Shown here piece by piece: positions 13,301 to 24,160 of a stretch of 64,000 bases of DNA. Where the stretch lies: NCBI GenBank assembly GCA_000708835.1, contig DF237025.1:28506-92505 (forward strand). The letters are read 5' to 3'. Every line of letters begins with the position of its first letter. The stretch's first letter is position 1. Position numbers and translations under genes: made by a program. The notes below the pieces were generated by a model that was not told where the DNA came from, made no database searches, and worked only from the letters and a program-made list of their open reading frames with translations. This stretch comes from Klebsormidium nitens (taxonomy: Eukaryota; Plantae; Klebsormidiophyceae).

Positions 13301-13587
13301 CTTTCACCTTTCAATGCACGCCCTTCTTGATGAGCATTGATTGAAAAGAAAAGGATTTCCGATGAGGCCTCACCGTTTGCCGACTCACTGGACTTCAATG
13401 CTGGGCCCTTGCACAGCGGTCCGAAATCTGCCAAGTAATCTGCATTTTCATTGAGGTGATAGCTCGGCTTTGCAAGGTCGTCCCTGACTATCTGCTTGGT
13501 CAGGAAAATGCAAATGACGGCAGTCGTGTTGAAGAGCAGCAGGCCCAGCCTCAGGAGCTGCCGACCGCGCCGCCGAAGATTAGCCAT
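7369..13587 (-). CDS. SFR2: SENSITIVE TO FREEZING 2-like galactolipid:galactolipid galactosyltransferase (GH1 family), 9 exons, about 602 aa
   Basis: Exons 13587-13374, 12595-12297, 11949-11783, 11161-10916, 10277-10115, 9382-9140, 8736-8587, 8237-8108, 7565-7369; phase-consistent GT-AG. N-terminal TM anchor, FGLATAPAHVEDQLDDSW, LFNEA (acid/base), ITENG (nucleophile), WTLSDNWEWSDGYCPKFGL, C-terminal VDREWRF. Confidence 0.95.
9855..10115. repeat. Dispersed GGACGC(CC) micro-repeat next to an SFR2 donor site
   Basis: About 8 copies (near 9858, 9865, 9889, 9912 [GGACGT], 9968, 9987, 10012, 10103). The last copy is the intron sequence next to the donor at 10114. Confidence 0.7.
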
Positions 13588-13654
13588 AATTGGGGGACCA
13601 AACGAAACAAAGTTCCTACAGGTGAAGCATGAGCATGCCACCCAGAGGAGAAGC

Positions 13655-13865
13655 ACACGTGTTCGTTATTGACTCGACACCTTGTTGTTGGTCACTTCGC
13701 AACGTCGTAGACAGACATCCTCCTCCTTCACACGTCTGCAATTGGAGCTCCGTGTTGCGGTTTGGTGCAGCAGCAATGCATCGAAGAGCTGATCGAGGAA
13801 ACTTGAAAGTCTGAAGCCTAAGGGGAGCGCAGTGACGACCCAGCTCAGCGATGCGCGCCACGTGG
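13655..13865. promoter_or_regulatory. G-box/ABRE-like elements in the SFR2-PDAT divergent intergenic region
   Basis: ACACGTGT at 13655-13662 and GCCACGTGG at 13857-13865 (contains the ACGTGGC ABRE core on the - strand). Function is inferred only. Confidence 0.4.
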
Positions 13866-14173
13866 AGAAACATGTACTATCCGGCGGCTGTCAGGACGCC
13901 GCTTGTCGAAAGCACATGATTGTGACACATGGCATGTTGTGAGCCAATGACAAAGCCATGTGTTGCCTCCCTGGTTGTGGTGGTTGGATTGGGTTTGGAT
14001 GTCATTGTGAGAGGCGAGCGCGCAGAGGGGTATAATGGTACTCGATTTCGCTGAATGGGTCGCCTTGATTAGCCATTGGTTGGATCTTCCTTTGGCATTG
14101 TCGAAAGGTGCTTTTTCCCGCTTTTCAAGCCTGTTTTGCACCCGACACTGTACAGCGATTTGTCCCTGAGAAA

Positions 14174-17100
14174 ATGGCGCCGACCACTGAGTTGCGCCAG
14201 AGGAAGCCCGGCAAAGGCGAGGGCGGCAAAGCAGACCACTCCGACACCCCACCGGAGAAGGAGAAGCCTAAAGACGACAAGAAGCATGCCCACAGGAAGT
14301 CGAAAAAGGCGGCCCGTCCCCACTGGGGATGTTACGACGCATTCTGTTGGATGATAGGCAACCTGACCGTGCTGTTTTGCATCCTGTTCATAGTGTCGAA
14401 GTTTGTTCCGAGCAAGAAGGCGACGGAGTTTGTGATTGAGAAGATCACGGGGCAGGCTCCGCCTCAGACACCGGGTGAGAAGCTGCGCGCAGAAGGTCTA
14501 CGGGTAAGTGGTCTGGCAACAACGAAGAAGCAGTGAGTGTGCGTTTGAACATTGACGTTTTGATGGCCGATGTACTATGTGCCGGACTGGAGACCACTGC
14601 AGACACGGAGTTTGCTAACGAGAGTAGTCTATGATGGTTCCTTTCTTCCACTGTCGGTCTGCAGTCGTCTGCAAAGGTTCTCCATAAACTTTTTGCTTTG
14701 ATATTCCTGGAGAATCATTGTTGGCTGCATCCTTTGCGTGTGGACTGTACTTATACGGCGGTGCAAGCAATGGTCTTGCACTTCTCTCTCCCCGACTGGC
14801 ATCAAATTGCACGTTGTGCAACCACTGTCGCAGGTCTTTAACGTCGTTCAGCCTCTCAAACTAGCACCTTGTCAAGACTGTTAGATCCCTGTCAGCATTG
14901 GTTCTGGCAGAGAATGCTTCAATCCTGATGTTTAATCATGGCGTTCATTTGCGCTAGAGCTATCCTGCTGTCCATCCAGACGCTCTAAACCTCATTAAAG
15001 CAGGCGTGCTAAACTTTCACCAGAATCGAGCGGGATCTCCTTGCTGCAGTTGAAGCATCCGCTTGTATTTATGCCGGGCGTTGTCACGGGCGGTTTGGAG
15101 CTGTGGGAGGGCCGCGAGTGCGCCGAAGATCTCTTCCGGCAGCGCGTATGGGGGGGCGACTTTGCTGACAAAGTCCTGTCCAAGTGAGCGATCCGAAGTA
15201 TGCTTTTATCAGGACCTAAGTTCAGCTCAGATGCAGACCAGATTCTTACTGTGCTCGAAGGCCAACTTTGCTTCATTTCCCAGCCCCCTTTCCTGCCTTT
15301 CTGTTGGGGTCCGCTTCTCACCAGCGTATGGTGCATATCGCCAATCTTTCGACAGCGCTCACTGAATCCTGACCTGGCCGGTAGATGTCTTTCCAGATGA
15401 GGGATCCTGTTGGTTCTTTGGGTCCGCTTCTCTATACTTCTGTAGATGGTACATAGAGTGTCTCCAATCAGTTGCGTTGCAAGGTGCAAGCACTTGAGCT
15501 ACTGAGTTGCGGTATCGATGGCTTCCCGTTCGAGTTCAACTCATGTATATCTGTTGATCTGACCCAAAAGGGGCAGCTTTCTGACAGTATACTTCAAGCG
15601 AAGGACGGAGTGAGATGCTCAAGATTGCGCATCTTCTTCTCAGGCCTTCATACTTGTGCTCGTTGCATTCAGATAGGGGATCATGGCGCAATCGAAGTTG
15701 TGAAAGCAACCCCTTGAGAGCATTTACGAGTCTTCCCTACCCGAGTCCCTTGAGCGCCAAGAATGCTGACGTCACAACTCCCTTTCCCCTCAGGCCGCAC
15801 TGTTGGATGGACCACTTGATCCTGGACAACGAGACCGGCCTCGACCCCCCCAACGTGCGCGTGCGCTCCGTCCCGGGTCTAGTTGCGGCCGACTTCTTCA
15901 TGCCCGGATACTTTGTGTGGGCCCCAATAATTGAGAACGCGGCCCGGCTGGGGTACGACCACAAGAGCATGTGGATGGCGGACTATGACTGGCGGCTCTC
16001 GTATGGCAAGGCCGAGGTGGGTTTTTGCGACCATCTGCGTGGGAGATCTGTTCACTTTGTGGCTCTGCTTTGATGTCCGTTTGTATTGGTAAGAAGAATC
16101 TGACAAGGCGGGGTAGGAGCTCAAGAGCATGTGGATGGCGGATTTTGGCTGGCGGCTCTTGTATGGCAAGGCAGAGGTGGGTCTTGGGACCATCTGCGTG
16201 GGAGGTCTAATCACTTTGTGTATGTCTTTTTGTTTTGGTAAGAAGAATCTGAGAAGGCGGGGTAGCAGCGGAAGAGCATTGCGGATTTTGGCTGGCGGCT
16301 CTTGTTCGCAAAAGGGCGAGGTGGTTTGTCCATCCCGTGTCCGTAAGATATTGATCTATATCAATGCTTGGTCTCGATTTGACAAAAAATGAGGAGGTCG
16401 TGCTGCGTTGATCCTGTACAGGTAAAAGCATGTGATAGCAAACCATGACTTGCGGCTTTCAATTTCGCGCAGCGTAGGTGGATTCTGAACCTCGTTTCTG
16501 TAAAAGTTCCATATATGACGCGAATGCTTCCTAGTCCGGCCGACCCGTGGGGCCACCAGAGCTTCTGGCCTGAGGCCGTCCTTAGCTGGAAGGCCACGTG
16601 GAGTACTTTGATCGAAGAAAAGGATCTATAGCAGGTCGATGGAGCTTGTTGTAGCCTTCTGCCTCGCAAGTCCGTTCGCTGAAGCTGAGGGGGGAAAGTA
16701 CAATTTACTTTGCTTGCGGGAGCACGACGGCCCGTGTCGTGCCCTAATATGGTAAAATGAGCTCACGGCTGATGTGTTTATGATATGGGGTGTCCTTGTG
16801 GACAACTGATTGCAGGCTCAGGGTTAAGCACGATTGAGCCCGTTTCCCTCGTGTGGCGGAATCTGGGTGGTGCATCGAAGAATCTCAAGATATTACCACC
16901 AGCCCAAATAATGGCGATCGTTTCCGCAGCCAAAAGCCCGACTCAAATACCTCTCAACCTCACAAGAGACAAGACCATTGTCTAACGCTCGCGTTGAGCA
17001 GAAGTGTGATGGCACACGGACCCTGATTAAAATAAAATTCCCTCCGATGTTTCTTTCAAATGGTACAGTATAGGATCAGGATCTTTTTTAAGTCTTTAAA

Positions 17101-20100
17101 AGAATACATTGAAAAAAAAGGGCTAAAGATGGACATCAACGATCCCGTTTCTATCCAAAAGGAAAACCCGCCCACTCTTGCAACCTGGGGACAACTTGCC
17201 ATTGTGAATTGGCAGTACGAGTCACTCGAGTTTGGACGACTCCGGACCCCTGACAACGTCCGTTGCTCTTGCTTGCAGAAGCGCGACGGCACGCTGACGC
17301 GGCTCAAGATGGTGATTGAGACCACGAAAAAGATGAACGATGACGAGAAGGTGGTTCTGGTGCCGCACAGCATGGGCTGCATATTGACAATGTACTTCCT
17401 CAAGTGGGTCGAGGCGCCCGCGCCCCACGGTGCGTTATATTCCTCCCGCGCCTAGTTCCTCGTATGTTCATTTTCCGTTCCCTTGATGATACGTTTGTTT
17501 AGAAGAGAAAGCGCAGCTCAAGGTATATCTCAGATAAAGCTCTTGTTCAAACAATGAACAATGAAAAGCGGAAATGCGAGTCCGCCGACTGAAATTTCCG
17601 AGCCCTGCGAGGCTGGAGAAGAAGGTGGTGTGGATGAATCCAAGATAGCTGCGCTGAAAGTATTGGTATTGACGACGCTTCGTAAGGAGTCGCATCTCCG
17701 CCGTTCACTGAGCAGTGCACACGTTCGTGACTCTGGTCTCTGTCTTCCTTCACCCTCTTCGCTATCACCCTTCTCTTCGAGCCCCCACGACTTGCGGTCA
17801 GCCATGGTAACTTGTGACTCATTCTGACGTCGCAACACCTCACGAATTTTCCTCATTTGGAGCAGGCGGCGGCGGCGGCCCCCACTGGGTGAATGACCAC
17901 ATCCACGCAGTTGCAGGAATTGCGGGGCCGTGGCTCGGCGTGGCTAAGGGGGTCACCGGGCTGATTTCGGCTGAGGCGAAGGACGTGGCGGAACTCAGGT
18001 GAGCGGCGCGCATTGTGACATAAGCTTCAACCATATGTTGAGGTAGGCCTATGCTGAGTTCGACAACATCCCGGCTCAAACAAACTGAAATGCTAGTTCT
18101 AAACTTGACTTGCTCCGCACGCGCACCCACCTTAAACTCCCAAAGCAACCCCTGCTCGTCTCCATGGCATTGCCTAAGTCAACATAGCCGTAGCTCAACC
18201 TGGAATCAAGTGCACTGGTGCGACCGTCACGAATTGCTTCTTTGCAAAGTTGGTCGACTCTTTTCTCGAATCTTTTAAGGCTCCCCTACCCCTGCCTCGG
18301 CAAAGCCAGGCTGTTTCGTCGAAGTAAAGAGGCGCCTGACGTAGCGCTAGCTCAGGTCGCTGAGAGGACCGTTCTCCATCTCCCTTATAGTCTGCCTTCT
18401 CAACATCTCTTCCCTTCTATTTTGCAAGGCCATGGGACCCTTTATCGTCAACACTAGGGCTTGGGGCTGGCCGACGAGTGGAAAGAGGACCACTTTCCAC
18501 CCGCCTGAAAAACCGCCATCGTAGAACGCTTTTTCTTTCATGATGCAGGGCGATGGATCCGTTCATCGACAGCGGTGCGTGGGGGCCCACTAATGATCTA
18601 AAGTCGACCGCTTTGAAAGTGCGTCAGTTCAGCGCACCCCACAGCGCTTTTGCAGGCAGATGGCCCCATTCATCAGAAGCGGCACGTGGGGAACACTAAC
18701 GAATGAAAAAAGGGACCGCTTTCACACCCCCCCAAACCATTGTCTTTGTAGAGTGCCCATATTCTTGATGTCTCCAAAAGACCTAGTTTCTGAAACGCCC
18801 GTTCTTTCCATTTCGGCAGTGCGATGGCCCCCTTCATCGACAGCGGCGCGTGGGGCACACTGATGATACAAAGACGTCCACTGGGAACACCATAACTTCC
18901 GGACCACCCCTTTCTTCTGCAAATCTCAAGTTTCACCCCCCCTCTCCTTTTTTTCCAGGGCGATGGCCCCCTTCATCGACAGTGGCGCGTGGGGCACGCG
19001 CGCGTTCCAGCACGTGCTGCGCGTCAGTCGCACGTGGGAATCTCTCACGAGCATGCTCCCGAAGGGGGGTAACGCAGTCTGGGGCGACGTGGACTGGTCC
19101 CCTGAGGAGGGCTACGAATGTTGCCCCCCGAAAAAAGAAGAGGACGGCGAATTTAAGGATAAGGACGTCGGGCCGTCCGGCAAGCCGGTGGCGCACTACG
19201 GGCGGTTCCTGTCGTTTGGACGGGAGCTGGCGGAGCTGGAGAAGGGGAAGGTCGCGGAGCGGGTTGAGAAGGTGACTTAATGGCTGGGTTTGGGCGTGGG
19301 TTTAGATCCGATTTTGGGTTTGGATTTGATTTTGGCTTTGGCTTTGGCTCTGGTTCTGAGTTTAGGTTCCGGTTTTAAGCTGGGTCTGGGTTGGATCTAG
19401 GTGTGGCTTCGGCTTTGGCTTTTGCTTTCTTCCGCCTTCGGCTTTGGTTCTGGGTTCAGCTTCGGGTATGGGTTTTGATTTAGGTTTGAGTTCAGGTTCC
19501 GCTTTGCGTCGGTGTTTGAATCTAGATTGCTCTGCCTCTGGTGACTGCTTGCGATGCTGAACCGGACCTTTGGCTTGGTGCGTGACCAGATTACCCGTTC
19601 CAATCTGGCTGCAAACCTGCCCGTCCGTGCAGTAGTCGCACCTGAAAATGCTACATTTGGTTTCTTCTGCACCTTCGTTACGCGGATGTATGATTAAGAT
19701 CCATAAGGCTTCCCCAAAATGATAACTCCTAGAACCTGGCCTGAGGGTAAGCATGAGCTTCGACTTTCCAGAGTCAACGAACTCGATCCTGGCATAAGTG
19801 AACGTATGCCCTGGACTATTGTGCATTTCACCCGGACCAGCCGCACCTTCAGATGGGAATCTTCATTTCTCATGCAACACATAGAACAGCACATCCGAAT
19901 ACTCGACGGTTGTGCAATCGAAGATAGAGGCGCTCTTATTTCTCGAGACAGAGTCTTTGTCAATTGAGGTATGATCAAATCCAACTTGCAAAAGGACACA
20001 GCCCTGCATGTTACAACAGCTGTGTACTTGAGGACTGGAATCCGGTCCTTATGGATCAGAACGTTTGGCCAGATGTTGTCTGGCATCCAGATTTGGCAGG

Positions 20101-23019
20101 ATTTAAATCAATTGAATGGTCCTGTGCAGATGATGAAGGAGCCGCTGCTGTTCGTGAACCAGACGTACTGCCAGAGTGACGTGTGGACCGAGTACCAGCA
20201 GCTGAGCACCGACAAGATGCAGGCAAGCGCTTGAGCCCACTCAACTGAATCTTTGTGTTTCCTGAACCGAAGACACTGAAGTGAAAGGTACCTTCGTAAT
20301 GGTCGACGGAAGGATTGTTGGTGGAAACTTGGTCCTTGCAGAACACCCCTCTGTTGCCAGGGGCCAGTCGACTTTGTCTTCCGTGATCGGTGGGTTGTAA
20401 GAAGGACGATTGGACAAGCGAGATCAAAGTAAGAACGAGGTAGCTCGTAGTCCAAGGCCGGGTTCTTCGTCGGTTGGTCAGTCCAGCATCGATGAAGATA
20501 CTACCGTTTCGTCAAAGCTTTCTTTGCTTTGTGCCCCCCTAAAAGATTGCGTTGGACGACTTGGATGGACATTTGTAAAGCCTCTTCATGAAAAACACGC
20601 ATACAATCGTCGAACTCTTTTTCGCTATGCAAAGCCGGAAGGAGCTTGCGCGGTGCAGCGTGTTCGTCTATGTATGCACCTTGCTTGCGGCGACCAGGAT
20701 CGATCATCCCAGACTTTAGATTGAGCAAGCACACGACACCATTGCCAGACTCTGCTTTGCGTGCCTACAGGATCTTGTGCGCTCGCAGTGTGTACAACAT
20801 TATGCATCTCGTGCTTCGGGCTACCGGTACCGGAAATTTGAAATAGCTCAATAATGAATAGGGATACGACCTCGCTAAAGCAAAGGTTTAGCGTTTAGAA
20901 AAGCAAGGTTTTCAGGCTTTTAACTTTTTGTTCTGCGACCCACAGGAGATTGGGCGCCAGGGCTGTGCAACGTTATGCTCGTGTCTGAGGCTATTGCGAT
21001 TGACAACTCAGAAGCTCGACACTAATCGAGGATTCTGACTCCGTCGTCGGTTTTTTTGGGGGATTCCGGGGTTTTCAAGGCTTTAGAATTCTGACTTTGC
21101 TCTGCGTGCCCACAGGAGATTGCACGCCGCGGCGTGTACAACATCGAGCAAGCGCTGGACATGCTGCGCGAGATCGCGCCCAGTTTGATGAAGCGTGCGG
21201 ACGAGAACTGGGGCTTCGGCGTCGCGGACAACCCGTCGGCGCCCGAGTATGCGGACAACCCCAAGTACTGGAGCAACCCGCTGGAGACCACGTGAGAGGA
21301 CGAATTTGTTGCACTCTTTGGCTAGCATTTTTTCTGGCTTCAATGTAGCGAAGCTTCGTTCAGAACAGGGTACATCGTGCTGCATTTGGGTAGCGAGTCG
21401 TGTTTGATTTGATAGACAGCAGAGCGAATTAGCAGCTTGACGAAAATGGGTCAGTCCTGTCTGGTCAGAGTTGCAACCGTTCAGCAGACTGCCATGAAAA
21501 GGCCGTAGTACACCTTTTGACTTTTCTATTACCGCATTATTGCATTCCGTGGATCATACCGCAGACCAAAAAGTGAACGTCAAAGAGCACCGATTACGGA
21601 TCCGGAGCGTGCCTGCTTGCCCTTCGTAACTTCGCTCGCAATCTCATTTAAATGTCAACTTATGTGACTCGGCCCCCCGGTCGTCATTACCTACCCACCA
21701 CTCAATGGTGTGAATACCCCCTGCAGGCTGCCGTTCGCCCCGGACATGACCCTGTACTGCCTCCAGGGGGTGGGCATTCACACCGAGCGGTCGTACATTA
21801 TGAAACTGTCGGACCTGAACGAGAGCTGCGCGCTGCCGTTCCGGATCGACGGCACCGTCTCCGGCAAAAACGAGGGCTGCCTCAAGAGCGGCGCACAGGT
21901 CAGTGCGTGGAGGCTGACTGACTGCGAATAGATAGTGCCGAGTTTGCGGGTTGCAATTAACTAAGGGTTTGGGTGCCGGATTTAGGTCGTTTTGGGGCTC
22001 CGAAATTTGTCAGGTTTTAACTTGTGGGTTAAAGAGAGTTTGGCTGCCTGAAAATGGCGCGTAAGTCTGCCTGTGAAGGCTGTTTGCAAGGTTCGGAGTA
22101 CTTCAGTGCACGCGGGTTGGATGGACTACGGGACTCGGGTACCGAATCAGGCGGGTCGGAGGGCTTTAACTTTTGGATATGGTCGAGATTTCGAATGGCG
22201 CACAGCTCAGTGCGTGGAGGCTTCGCTGCATCCTTTGAAGTATTTACGTATGCAAAATGTGTTGGCTTGAGGGTTTGAAGTTCTGGGCTGCGGCGTTCTG
22301 GAAGCTTTTGAAAGTGCCCCAAACTTTTTGATTCAGTCATTTTTGGGTTGTCTCAAGCCGTGCGGAAATGAATTCATGCAAATGCATGAGAGATTTGGTG
22401 GTCTGACTGACAATTGCTGCGCTTCAAAGATTTCTGGATGCTAACGTGGGCTTTCAAGCGCAGGTCAGATCTGCGCTGTTATTGGAGCTGAATGCGTTGT
22501 GATCTGTTGCGTGGACTATGTGCCTGCGCGTGAACGCGGTGCGTAAAGAATAGAACAGCAGCCCTTAGGACCATCGGAAACGCAATGCTGATTGGAACTC
22601 TCCCCTCGATACAAACTCAAACAGAGATGCAGCCGCTGACGTCATTTTGCTTGTTCCAGTTTTCGGACGGTGACATCACGATCAACTTGGTGAGCGCGGG
22701 CTACATGGCGGCGAAGGGCTGGAAGGGGCGCACCAAGTACAATCCCGGGGGGGTCAAGGCAGTCATGCGTGAGTATAAGCACGTGGCCCCCGCAAACTTT
22801 CTGGAGGGCCGGGGGACGCAGAGCGGGAACCACGTGGACGTCATGGGTAATTATGCAATGATTGAGGACATTTTGCGGATTGCCGCGGGCCAGACGGCGG
22901 AGCAACTAGGAGGGGATCGGTATTACTCTAAGCTGCCGGAGTGGGCGGAGAGAGTGAAGATTGATGTCAAGTTGAAGCAGACGAGTTCATTTGCGCAGAA
23001 GCTGGGGATAAAGTCCTGA
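14174..23019 (+). CDS. PDAT: Phospholipid:diacylglycerol acyltransferase (LCAT family), 10 exons, about 694 aa
   Basis: Exons 14174-14503, 15050-15183, 15794-16016, 17279-17429, 17866-17998, 18959-19271, 20130-20222 (GC donor), 21116-21291, 21727-21898, 22660-23019. Motifs PGVVTGGLELWEG, YDWRL, PHSMG (catalytic Ser), YWSNPLET, SDGD (Asp), GNHVDVMG (His), N-terminal TM. Confidence 0.96.
15960..16335 (+). repeat. About 160-bp tandem duplication of the PDAT exon 3 3' end, donor and intron start (about 2.5 copies)
   Basis: CAAGAGCATGTGGATGGCGGA...GGCAAGGC.GAG|GTGGGT recurs at 16123-16182, with a more decayed copy at 16270-16325. Confidence 0.9.
18540..18995 (+). repeat. Three decayed copies of the PDAT exon 6 acceptor and exon start
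   Basis: CAG|..GATGG.CCC.TTCATC.ACAGCGG..CGTGGGG at about 18545, 18652 and 18815; the real acceptor is at 18958. Confidence 0.88.
19280..19520. repeat. Degenerate hexamer array (TTTGGC/TTTGGA-like) at the start of PDAT intron 6
   Basis: For example ttttggatttgattttggctttggctttggctctggttctgagtttaggttcc. Confidence 0.75.
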
Positions 23020-24160
23020 CATTATTGCTAGGAAGGTTAGGATTGGGTTTTGTTTGCCAGCCGGTTGCTGAGATATGACAGTCACCTTAAACATTTGCCT
23101 AGGAGTCTAATAAATATTGATGGTCCTGATATGAGTGGTTGAATTTAAACTGGTGCGCTGCAGCGGCATGTATAGATTACTGCGACGCGATCTGCCTCAA
23201 TCTGGAGCTAGGCGCAGCATGTTGCTAGCGGGCGCGATTGTGTGCATGAGCTGGCACATGCCCTATGTAGGAGAATTGAGGGTGGCACGGGAAACAAAAT
23301 CGGATATGCATGTCCCTCTAAGGCCCTCGCCGGGTGCAGTGATGTATAAATGCCATGGAGGCGATTGCTTGGTCTGATGAAGCGTACGTTCCGCAGTAGT
23401 GACCTTCCCGTGCCATGGCAGTTCCTTTAGGCTGGTAGTTTTATAGCGCCTCGATCGATCGAAAGACATTTACACATACGGGAACTTTGTCGATCGGCAA
23501 GGCGGCACGGTCGCAAGACCGCGGGTTCCCTAAGTAGAGCTCAGTGCATGCAGCCGTTCACAAGATTGATGCACCTAGAAACACGAGCTGCAGCTAGTGT
23601 ACAGACATGTGCAAAATCATTCAGATTAACTTGGCGGCCGTCTTGACAACACATTCTCACCAATAAACCACGGTTACAATGTTCTCTAATGGAAACTTAG
23701 CTTCCTCAACTAGTCAAAGCTCTCAATCGCGTCAAAATTGTTTGCCGGCGCACTATACTTGGGGACGTATGTACGGGCCTGTTTCCGACCAGCTCGTTTT
23801 ACGTCCTCTACAATCATTGCACAGCCCTTGGTATCTACAACCTACATTTCAGTGCGGGGGCTAGTTGATCTTTGTGACGGTTATCCAGCAGGCCGTCTAC
23901 CGTAGACTAGTAGTATGTACTATGATTTCGGAAACCTCTACTGTGCTTGAGTGATGGATGGCGTTTTATGTGTTCTCAACGTATAGCACTCCAAAGATAT
24001 CGTACACTCACAGCATGCGGTGAAAGATGCAGAACAGGCTATATTCTGTCTAAAGTACGGCTTCGCATGCTGAGACGTCCCGCTTACTTATTCTAGAAAC
24101 CTTGCTAGGGCGACCCAGACCCTTTTGTAAAAGCACTCAGCAAACAACAGATGGCTGTGA

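Noticed and set aside
16720-17035. Possible MITE (hairpin GCACGAC...GTCGTGC; TCAGGGT...ACCCTGA pair)
   Set aside because: Only 7-bp inverted matches, no target-site duplication and no second copy in the window.
19362-19826. - strand ORF rich in PK/PE dipeptides
   Set aside because: Translation of the intronic hexamer array.
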